Assembly: GCA_001784175.1 (NCBI GenBank)
Contig: MFPR01000006.1
Span: 246,226 to 266,225 of the forward strand
Reading direction: 5' to 3'
DNA length: 20,000 bases
Source of the DNA: Candidatus Lindowbacteria bacterium RIFCSPLOWO2_12_FULL_62_27
GTDB taxonomy: Bacteria > Lindowbacteria > 2-12-FULL-62-27
The translations under genes and the position numbers were made by a program. The notes beneath the pieces were generated by a model. It had not been told where the DNA came from, searched no databases, and saw nothing but the letters and a program-made list of their open reading frames with translations. Positions within the stretch are counted from its first letter, which is position 1, and each line of letters begins with the position of its first letter. Of this stretch, positions 8,423 through 17,400 are shown one piece after another.

Positions 8423-8843
8423 CCTTGACTTTCGCTCATCCTGCGGATATGTTCAAGGGGTTGGCTCGGGGTGGCAAGTCCTGCAGGATCAGGACTCATG
8501 AATAGGTTCCATGCGCAGGAAACTGCCCCGGTTGATGACGATACGTCCGTTGCGCGACTCCCGAATCTGGCCTATGTCGGTACACCCTTCGTACGTAATT
8601 CCGTCCGCAGTGTGATCTGGATCACAAAGTATATTTGTATATATACAGGGGGTATTCTGTCCAAACTTAAAGACTTATTGCGGAGAGCGGAAATAGTTGA
8701 CACCTCGTTGAGGAAACAACAACAACATCAACTACGAAAAGACGCAAAATTTCGCGAAAACGCGAAAAACCTCTCTATGAAATTTTTTCGAGATCATTCG
8801 CCGCTTCAAAACTTAAATAACTTAATGCCTGACCCTGTTCTCG
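8423..8843 (+). repeat. Full copy of the non-coding leader element (copy B)
   Basis: Near-identical to 11009-11415. Contains TTGACT-17-TATGTT (8425-8453), hairpin AGTCCTG/CAGGACT (8477-8496), a CRP box and junction motif B (8816-8835). Confidence 0.95.
8611..8626. promoter_or_regulatory. CRP/FNR-family binding box
   Basis: TGTGA-TCTGGA-TCACA. Confidence 0.7.
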
Positions 8844-8887
8844 CTGATGTTGTCCCGCCTCATCACTCGAATCGGGGAACTCCGCAA

Positions 8888-9116
8888 ATGATCCGCCGCC
8901 CTCTCTCTGTTCTTTTGTTTTGCCTTGTCCTGTTTTCTTCTCTAATCCCTATTCCCTATTCCCCATTCCCTGCCCTTCCCCTAATCCCTAATCCCTATTC
9001 CCTAATCCCTGCCCTTGCCGCCCCCAACACCTGGTCCACCCTCGCCGCCGCCCCGGCCGCCGTGGCTGATGGCGGCGCGTTGGTGTATCCCGGTTCGGGT
9101 GACACGATTTATGCTT
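8888..9116 (+). pseudogene. 5' remnant of a secreted Kelch-like beta-propeller protein gene
   Basis: MIRRPLSVLLFCLVLFSS…ALA signal peptide, then APNTWSTLAAAPAAVADGGALVYPGSGDTIYA (about one Kelch-like blade), after which the similarity stops. Confidence 0.7.
8942..9016 (+). repeat. Heptamer tandem repeats in two 39-bp higher-order units
   Basis: Four CYAWTCC heptamers plus CTGCCCTT, occurring twice (8942-8977 and 8981-9016). Confidence 0.9.
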
Positions 9117-9145
9117 CTGGAGGCTCGAATGGCCGTGGCGGCCTA

Positions 9146-9200
9146 TGTGATCAAGATCACAGAGATATTTCCGGCATGAACGGGTACTCCTTGATACAAT
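9146..9200 (+). promoter_or_regulatory. CRP-type box plus extended -10 upstream of hicB
   Basis: TGTGA-TCAAGA-TCACA (9146-9161); TG-A-TACAAT (9192-9200). Confidence 0.6.
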
Positions 9201-9222
9201 ACGGGTTGGGGGTGAAGAATTT

Positions 9223-9408
9223 ATGAACGAATATAAAGTTGCGTTTGTAAAAAGCGGAAAATGGTATGCGGCCTTTGTGCCAGACCTGCCGGGCGCTCAC
9301 TCCCAGGGCAGGACTCTGGCGGAAGCCCGCCGGAACATCCGGGAGGCGATTGCGCTGGTGCTCGAATCCAATCACAAGCGATTCCGCTTCAATTCCCCGC
9401 CATCGTGA
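9223..9408 (+). CDS. hicB: HicB family antitoxin (C-terminus probably altered by deletion)
   Basis: KWYAAFVPDLPGAHSQGRTLAEARRNIREAIALVLE signature. Confidence 0.88.
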   Translation: MNEYKVAFVKSGKWYAAFVPDLPGAHSQGRTLAEARRNIREAIALVLESNHKRFRFNSPPS

Positions 9409-9475
9409 AATCAACACGTTCACGGCTCGCGGCATCTGTAAAGACCTGGGTGTCGAACCTCCGAGCGGCAAATGA
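9392..9475 (+). pseudogene. hicA: C-terminal remnant of a HicA mRNA interferase
   Basis: IPRHREINTFTARGICKDLGVEPP is a typical HicA C-terminus; the N-terminal part carrying the catalytic G-x-H motif is missing. Confidence 0.75.
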
Positions 9476-9487
9476 AACCTGCGGCGT

Positions 9488-9512
9488 GAATAACTTAACA
9501 ACTTACGGTCTG
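9488..9512 (+). repeat. Junction motif type A, copy 2
   Basis: GAATAACTTAACAACTTACGGTCTG followed by ACCCC. Confidence 0.95.
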
Positions 9513-9543
9513 ACCCCGTTGACCAGTTGCCGGTTACGGCTGG

Positions 9544-9639
9544 TTAACTCTGCTTGTGGCGGGGACGTTCGATGAAGACTTCCATGAACACGATGGCCAG
9601 AATCGGCAATATCAGACTGGCCCATTCGGCAATACTCAC
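9544..9639 (-). CDS. 31-aa single-TM peptide (MSIAEWASLILPILAIVFMEVFIERPRHKQS)
   Basis: GTG start overlaps the upstream stop (GTGA) and is preceded by AAGGAGG; hydrophobic core and basic tail; shorter than any ORF in the track. Confidence 0.65.
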   Translation of the reverse strand: MSIAEWASLILPILAIVFMEVFIERPRHKQS

Positions 9640-9821
9640 AGTCGATCCTCCTTCCATACGTAATATACCAGACAACAGATGCCGGCCGCCAACGCGCCGA
9701 CCGGAAACGACGGATGCAGGTCCTGCCGAAAAATCGTCGCGGCCAGCCCGCCGATCATCAGCGCACGGCCCATTTCAAAGATCACCTTCTCAAGTCTCGA
9801 CTCAGGCCTTCTCTCCATCAC
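9636..9821 (-). CDS. Small two-TM hypothetical membrane protein
   Basis: 61 aa with two hydrophobic segments; its own promoter TTGCAC-17-TATGAT (9856-9828) ends 6 nt before the start codon. Confidence 0.65.
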   Translation of the reverse strand: MMERRPESRLEKVIFEMGRALMIGGLAATIFRQDLHPSFPVGALAAGICCLVYYVWKEDRL

Positions 9822-9873
9822 ATCCGGATCATACCGTCAAACCTACTCTTGTGCAAGCTCGTGGGAAGGATTT

Positions 9874-9898
9874 GAATAACTTAACAACTTACGGTCTG
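9874..9898 (+). repeat. Junction motif type A, copy 3
   Basis: GAATAACTTAACAACTTACGGTCTG followed by AGCC. Confidence 0.95.
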
Positions 9899-9909
9899 AG
9901 CCTTCTCTC

Positions 9910-10012
9910 AAAAACCTCTATATGAAATTTTTTCGCGATCATTCGCCGCTTCAAAACTTAAATAACTTAATGCCTGACCCTGTTCTCGGTTCGGGCGACA
10001 CGATTTATGCTT
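9910..10012 (+). repeat. 3' partial leader copy (copy C) fused to a Kelch GSGDTIYA fragment
   Basis: 9910-9988 matches 8765-8843 (2 mismatches), including motif B at 9961-9980; 9987-10012 matches 9091-9116 (1 mismatch). Confidence 0.9.
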
Positions 10013-10020
10013 TCGGAACC

Positions 10021-10049
10021 TTGAAACATCCTCCGGTTGCGGGTATATT
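10021..10049 (+). promoter_or_regulatory. sigma70-type promoter of the protease gene
   Basis: TTGAAA-17 nt-TATATT. Confidence 0.65.
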
Positions 10050-10088
10050 CGAAGATGGGCGCAGGGGTAAAAAGGGGAGTCGAGCGGC

Positions 10089-10487
10089 GTGAGCAAACCC
10101 ATTCGGGACGTGGACATTGAAACGGCCAACGGTAAAAAAACATGCGTTTCGGCTGTCCTCGACAGCGGGTCGTTCTATACGATCATTCGTCAGGATTGTT
10201 TGCCGCGCGGGGCCGTGGTCGAAACGTTGAAGGTCAAACAAAAATTTGGAACGGCAAAACGGCGCGGCGGCAAACTTGTTGTGACCGCGGTTGTGTATTT
10301 AAAAATGCGCGTTGAAGGCCGCTGGATCAGTGACGAGGCGAAGGTCGCCCCCGACTTGGGGTCGGAGATGTTGATCGGCGCCAAAACCATGCAAGCCTGG
10401 GACATCACCATCAAAAACAAAAATGGCCGCACAACCATCCATGTCGGGCATGACATGAACGACCCCGACATCCAGACGGTGCTGTGA
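10089..10487 (+). CDS. Retropepsin-like (clan AA) aspartyl protease
   Basis: AVLDSGSFYTII catalytic motif and MLIGAKTMQAW psi-loop; RBS AAGGGGAG; GTG start. Confidence 0.85.
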   Translation: MSKPIRDVDIETANGKKTCVSAVLDSGSFYTIIRQDCLPRGAVVETLKVKQKFGTAKRRGGKLVVTAVVYLKMRVEGRWISDEAKVAPDLGSEMLIGAKTMQAWDITIKNKNGRTTIHVGHDMNDPDIQTVL

Positions 10488-10533
10488 TGGCAAAGTCAAT
10501 ACGTCAAGGAATGGCACCGTCAGCGGAAAACTT

Positions 10534-10560
10534 AATAACTAAATGCCTGACACTGTTCTC
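10534..10560 (+). repeat. Junction motif type B
   Basis: AATAACTAAATGCCTGACAC-TGTTCTC, compared with AATAACTTAATGCCTGACCC-TGTTCTC at 8816 and 9961. Confidence 0.85.
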
Positions 10561-10568
10561 CTGGTTTT

Positions 10569-10818
10569 GGAAACTGCCCCGGTTGATGACGATACGTCCG
10601 TTGCGCGACTCCCGAATCGATCCTATGTCGGTACACCCTTCGTGCGGATTTCCGTTCGCAGTGTGATCTGGATCACAATATATATGTGTAGTTATATAGG
10701 AGATATTCTGTCTAAACTTATAGACTTACTACGGAGAGCGGAAATAGTTGACATCTCGTTGAGAAACCCCATCAACTACGAAAAGACGCAAATTTTCGCG
10801 AAAACGCGCAAAAAACTC
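10569..10818 (+). repeat. Internal partial leader copy (copy D) with CRP box at 10662-10677
   Basis: Aligns with 8518-~8770; contains TGTGA-TCTGGA-TCACA. Confidence 0.9.
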
Positions 10819-10866
10819 AAAAACTCAATACCTGGTACTGTCTTCTCCGCAGCCGGAAATAACTTC

Positions 10867-10886
10867 AATAACTTAATGCTTGACAC
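10867..10886 (+). repeat. Junction motif type B
   Basis: AATAACTTAATGCTTGACAC, preceded by AATAACTTC. Confidence 0.85.
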
Positions 10887-10896
10887 CGTTCGTCTG

Positions 10897-10917
10897 CCTC
10901 CCCCGCAAGGGGGGAGG
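10897..10917. repeat. REP-like hairpin
   Basis: CCTCCCCC-GCAAG-GGGGGAGG, the same style as the palindromes at 81-186; no U-tract. Confidence 0.5.
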
Positions 10918-11008
10918 AACAACTGCGGCCATGCGAAATTGAACAAAATCTACCACGCCAGTAGCGGTCTGCCGTCTATATGCGGAATCGCTGGACCGGC
11001 CAATTCTC

Positions 11009-11415
11009 CCTTGACTTTCGCTCTTCCTGCGGATATATTCAAGGGGTTGGGTCGGGGTGGCAAGTCCTGCAGGATCAGGACTCATGAATAGGTTCCATGC
11101 GCAGGAAACTGCCCCGGTTGATGACGATACGTCTGTTGTGCGACTCCCGAATCTGGCCTATGTCTGTACACCCTTCGTACGTAATTCCGGCCGCCGTGTG
11201 ATCTGGGTCACACAACATATTTGTATATATACAGGGGGTATTCTGTCCAAACTTAAAGACTTATTGCGGAGGGCGGAAATAGTTGACACCTCGTCCAGGA
11301 AACAACATCAACTACGAAAAGACGCAAATTTTCGCGAAAACGCGCAAAAACTCTCTATGAAATCTTTCCGCGATCATTCGCCGATTCAAAACTTTAATAA
11401 CTTAATGCCTGACCC
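11009..11415 (+). repeat. Full leader element (copy E) upstream of the giant gene
   Basis: TTGACT-17-TATATT (11011-11039), hairpin, CRP box TGTGA-TCTGGG-TCACA (11197-11212), motif B at 11396-11415. Confidence 0.95.
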
Positions 11416-14400
11416 CAGTCTTCTACCCCAGTCTTCCCTGTTTTTCGCCGATTCGCCGTTTCTCCGTCTCGCCGTTTCGATCTTTATAGCCCTCTTCCCA
11501 CTTTTCAATCCCGAAGCACACGCCGCACCCAACGACACCACCGCCGACGCCGTGTGGGGCCAGCCGAATTTTGGCGATTCGACCGTAAATAACGGCGGCA
11601 TCTCGGCAAACAGCCTGCTATATCCGCGCGGCGGCGCATTTGATGCCCAAGGGCGTCTGTACGGCGCCGATCAGGGTAACAGCCGCATCCTGATCTACAA
11701 CGGTCCGGCATCGGGTGACACGACGGCCGACACCGTCTTGGGCCAGCCGGGATTCACAACGAACACCCAAAATAACGGCGGCGTCTCGGCAAACAGCCTG
11801 GCCAATCCAGATGGCGTCGCATTCGATGCCCAAGGGCGTCTATACGTCGGCGATAGGATCAACAACCGCGTCCTGATCTACGACGATCCGGCATCGGGTG
11901 ACACGACGGCCGACACCGTCTTGGGCCAGCCGGGATTTGCAACGAACACATTCAATATCGGCGGCATATCGGCAAACACCCTGTACGAACCGTATAATGT
12001 CGAAGTCGATGCCCAAGGGCGTCTCTACGTCGCCGATTTGAGTAACCATCGCGTCCTGATCTACGACAATCCGGCGTCGGGCGACACGACGGCCGACACC
12101 GTATTGGGCCAGCCGGGATTCGCAACGAACACCGCCAATAACGGCGGCATATCGCCAAACAGCCTGAACAGTCCGTATGGCGTCGAAGTCGATGCCCAAG
12201 GGCGTCTGTACGGCGCCGATCAGGGTAACAGCCGCATCCTGATCTACAACGGTCCGGCATCGGGTGACACGACGGCCGACACCGTATTGGGCCAGCCGGG
12301 ATTCACAACGAACACATTCGATATCGGCGGCATATCGGCAAACGGCATGTACAATCCGACTGGCGTCGAAGTCGATGCCCAAGGGCGTCTCTACGTCGCC
12401 GATTACTCCAACCATCGCATCCTGCGCTTCGACACAGCCCCGCCGCCCCCTCCCTACGCCGGCCCGAAATGGTACGTGAATGACACGTCGACCAGCGGCG
12501 ACTCGTACACGTACGCGGTCGGCAGTGACGCCAACGAGGGGAGCGCATCATTGCCGTTCCGCACGATCATCCGCGCGATCAACGCCGCCTCATCCGGCGA
12601 CACCATCTACATCGACGCCGGACTCTATGACTCGTATGTCGTCATCAGCGCCACCGAGACGGCGGGCGTCAACATCACCAAGGACTCGATCGCGCTCATC
12701 GGCAAGGACTCGGCGTCCACCATCATCGATCCCCCGGGGGCGAAGACGCTGACGGGACTCTACGGCATCTACGCCGACACGCAGACGGGACTCACGATCA
12801 AAAACCTCGGCGTGACGGGGGCGTATGACGGGATTCGCTTCGATAACGTCGATCGGTCCACAGTTTCCGGTGACAGTTGCAGTTCGAACGGCGAATACGG
12901 CGTCTATCTGTTCAACGGATCGGAAACGAACACCCTCAGCAACAACATCGCCAATTCCAATTCGTCCATCGGGTTTCTCGTTTCCGGATCCAACCACAAC
13001 ACCGTCAACAACAACATCGCCAATTCCAACTCCAATGCCGGAATCAATTTCTCGTCCAGTTCCTACGACACCGCAAGCAACAACACCGCCAACCTGAACG
13101 GATTTGCCGGGATCGATCTGAACGGCGGGTCCTATTACACCGTCACCGGCAACACTTCGGACACCAATTCTTCCCACGGCATCTATCTCGAAGGCGGGAC
13201 CAATAACAACACCGTTTCCAATAACACCGCCCGCGGCAACTCGACCACCGGCATCTACCTCAACGCGGCCGATACCAACACCCTTTCCGGCAACACCGCC
13301 GGCGTCAACGGCGACGGGATCAAGCTCTTGAACAGTCAGGCCAACACGCTGAGCTCCAATACGGCCAACTCGGACTCGTGGAACGGCATTGTTCTTTCGG
13401 GATCGAACCGCAATACCCTTGAAACCAACACCTGTCACTCCAACCTCGGCCCCGGCATTCTGCTCGTGGATACGTCGAAGTTCAATACGCTCCGCAACAA
13501 CACGGCCGAAACGAACACCGGCGCCGGAATCAAAGTCCTGAACAGCTCATCCGACACCCTGAGCGGCAACACGAGCCGGTCGAACACCCTGTACGGCATT
13601 CACTTGGACGGGGCGGCGAATAACACCCTGACCAACAACACGGCCAATTTGAACGTGTCCATCGGGATTTATCTTTCCGGCGCTTCGGACACGAACACGG
13701 TGGACAGCAACGCGGCCAATTCGTGCGGCGACGGAATCAAAGTCTTGAACAGCCACGGCAACACGCTGAAGTCGAACACGGCCCAATCGGACACCTACAA
13801 CGGCATCGTCATCTCGGCGTCGAACGACAACACCGTGGAGAGCAACACGTGCAATCTGAACGCTCAGATCGGAATTCTGTTGGCGGACACCTCGAAACGC
13901 AATACCGTGCGGAACAATTCGGCCGACACCAACACGCAGGCGGGGATCAAGCTGACCGGCGCTTCGTCGGACGACACCGTCAGCGGCAACACGTGCCGGT
14001 CTAATCTCCAGCAGGGGATTCTTCTCGACATGGCCGACACCCACACGATTTCATCCAACACGGCCAATTCCAACGGGGACGGCATTAAACTCCTGAACAG
14101 CCACGGCAACACCGTCAGTTCCAACACGGCCCAATCGGATACCAACGGCATCGTGCTGTCGGGCGCGAACAACAATACGCTGGAGACCAACACCTGTTTC
14201 TCCAACCTGCAAATCGGGATTTTGCTGGCGGACACGTCGAAGTTCAACACGGTGCGGAACAACACAACCGAAACGAACACGTATGACGGCATCAAAGTCT
14301 CGGGCGCATCAAGCGACACGGTGGAGGGGAACACGACGCGGTGGAACACGCAGTACGGCATCTGGCTGGACGACACGTCGACGAACAACGTGGTGAAGAA

Positions 14401-17400
14401 CAACACGGTGACGCTGAACGCGAACATCGGGATTTACCTGTCGGACGGGTCGGACACGAACACGGTGGACAGCAACGCGGCCAATTCCAATTCGGACGGC
14501 ATCAAATTGTCGGACGCTCACGCAAATACGGTGGTGAACAACACGGCCAAATCGGATTCGTACAACGGCATCGCGCTCTCGGGCGCGAACCGAAACACGA
14601 TCGAGACGAACACATGTCAGTCCAATCTGCAGATCGGCATCCTGCTGGCGGACGGGTCGAGATACAACGTCATTTCGAACAACACGACGGACACGAACGC
14701 GCAATACGGGATCAAAGTGCTGGGGAGTTACTACGACACGGTGACGGACAACACGGCGCGCGAAAATCCGGTGCAGGGGATTCTGCTGGACGGGTCGGAG
14801 ACGAACTGGGTCGTGAGCAACACGGCGGTTTCGAACGGGGACGGGATCAAATTGCTGAACAGCCACGGCAATACGGTGCGTTCGAACACGGCGCGGTCGG
14901 ACACGTACAACGGGATTGTGCTCTCGGGCGCGAACGGCAACACGATCGAGACCAACACCTGCAACTCGAATCTGCAGGTTGGGATTCTGCTGGCGGACAC
15001 GTCGCGGTTCAACACGGTGTCGGGCAATGTGTCGGAGACGAACGCGTGGGACGGGATCAAGGTGTTTGGCAGTACGTTCGACACGTTGAGCGGGAACAGG
15101 GCGCGGTGGAACACGAACTACGGCATCTGGCTGGCCGACACGTCGACGAACCACGTGATCAGGAACAACACGGCGGCGCTGAATGCAGGCATCGGCATCT
15201 ACCTCTCGGAAGGCGCGGACACGAACGCGGTGGACAGCAACACGGCGAACTCGAACGGGGACGGGATCAAGGTCCTGCGCAGCCACGGCAATACGCTGAA
15301 GTCGAACACGGCCCAGTCGGACACCTACAACGGCATTGTGTTGTCGGGCGCCAACAACAATGTCTTGGAGACCAACATCTGTTTCTCGAACTTGCAAGTC
15401 GGAATTCTGCTGGCGGACACGTCGAAATACAATGTGGTGAGGAACAACACGACCGACACGAACACGCAATACGGGATTCGGCTGTTGAACAGTTCATACG
15501 ACACGGTGACGGGCAACACGGCGCGGTCCAACCCGCTGGTGGGCATCCATCTGGACGGGTCGGACACGAACGTGGTGAAGAGCAACACGGCCAATTCCAA
15601 CGGCGACGGGATCAAGCTGTTGAACAGCCACGGCAACACCGTCAGTTCCAACACGGCCCAATCGGACACCTACAACGGCATCGTGCTGTCGGGCGCGAAC
15701 AACAATACGCTGGAGACCAACACCTGTTTCTCCAACCTGCAAATCGGGATTTTGCTGGCGGACACGTCCAAGTTCAATACCGTGCGGAATAACACGACCG
15801 AAACGAACACGTATGACGGCATCAAAGTCTCGGGCTCATCAAGCGACACGGTGGAGGGGAACACGACGCGGTGGAACACGCAGTACGGCATCTGGCTGGC
15901 CGACACGTCGACGCTGAATGTGGTGAAGAACAACACGGTGACGCTGAACGCGAACATCGGGATTTACCTGTCGGACGGGTCGGACACGAACACGGTGGAC
16001 AGCAACACGGCCAATTCCAATTCGGACGGTATCAAAGTCCAGCGCAGCCATGGCAACACGCTGAAGTCGAACACGGCCCAATCGGACACCTACAACGGCA
16101 TCATCCTATCTGTCGCGAACAACACCCGTGTGGAAAGCAATACGATCAAATCCAACCTGCAAGTCGGCCTCCAGATCGCGGATATCTCCAATAATAATTT
16201 CTTCCGGAATAACACCGTTTCTTCCAATACCCAAATGGGCGTCAAGCTGTACAGTTCGGACTCGAACACCCTCACACAGAACGATATCAGCGGCAACGAC
16301 ACCGGCGTACGGATCGAAGGGACCTCTGCCGGCAACCTCATTACCAAAAACAACATCACCGGCAACAATGTAAACGGGGTTTATAACCAGGCCGGCCTCG
16401 CCCAGACGCTGACCCGTAACTGGTTCGGTTCCGCCGACTCGGTGACGGTCAAGAACAAGATCAGCGACACGGCGTCGGATTGGGATCCGTGGCGACTCGC
16501 CGCGGTCGACACGGCTGCCGGCGCCGACACGACCGCGCCGAAAGCGCCGGACACGGTGGCGGTGGTGAGCGCGGCGGGCGACTCGTCGGTGGGTTTGGAG
16601 TGGGCGGCGGTGACGGCGCTGGAGGAGTCGAACGGCGGCGCCGTGGGGTTGTCGGGGTATCGGGTGTACCGCAGTCTGACCAAAGACACGTCGTCGTGGA
16701 TCAAAATCGGCCAGACGGGGTCGGGGCAGATCCGGTTTCAGGATACGGATGCCGGGCTCAAGACATACTACTACCGCGTGACTGCGTTCGACGCGGCGGC
16801 GTTTGAGAACGAGTCGTTCTTCTCTGACTCCCAGCCGTCGGGCCAGGCGTGGTTTGGCCGGACCGCGTTTTACGTGAACGACGGCTCCACATCGGGCGAC
16901 AGTTTCACGTATGCGGCGGGTTCGGACACGACGGGCGAAGGCACGTCGGGCAAGCCGTTCGGCTCGCCGGCGAAGGCGATGCAGTACGTGACCGCCGGCG
17001 ACACGATCTGGCTGGACGCCGGCACGTACGGCGGCGACACGTGGGAGATGATTTCGGCGACAGAAACCGGCGCCGTGAATCTGGATACGGACAACTTGAC
17101 GCTGATCGGCAAGGATTCGGGGGCGACGGTGATTGATCCGCCGGGACTGGCGACCGGAATCTTCGGCATCTACGCCGACTCGCAGGCTGGCCTGATGATC
17201 AAAAATCTCGGCGTGACGGGCGCCTATGACGGGATTCATTTCCTGACGGTGACGTCGTCCCGGATCGAGAACGACAGCTCCGGGGCGTGCTTGAATGACG
17301 GTTTCTACTTGGAATCTTCGGACTCTAACACGCTGTCGAACAACATCTCCAATTTGAATTCGGCCAACGGGATCACGCTCTCGTACTGCACCGGCAACAC

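Noticed and set aside
8471-8824. Leader element as a protein-coding N-terminal extension (ORF-track starts 8471, 11057, 10543)
   Set aside because: Differences between copies B and E are mostly non-synonymous, copy D shifts frame, and the region holds regulatory motifs. The frame is nevertheless open in both full copies with an in-frame 6-nt indel, so coding is not fully excluded.
9488-9515. XerC/D dif or pdif site
   Set aside because: The reverse strand only loosely resembles the XerD arm, and there is no 11-6-11 inverted arrangement.
10501-10515. 15-bp identity ACGTCAAGGAATGGC with 3436-3450 (start of cytochrome b)
   Set aside because: A single 15-mer match within 20 kb is plausible by chance, and flanks do not extend it.
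6637-11415. CRISPR array or integron attC interpretation of the short repeats
   Set aside because: Spacing is irregular (tens to >2000 bp), there are no cas or intI genes, and the motifs lack the attC RYYYAAC…GTTRRRY palindrome.
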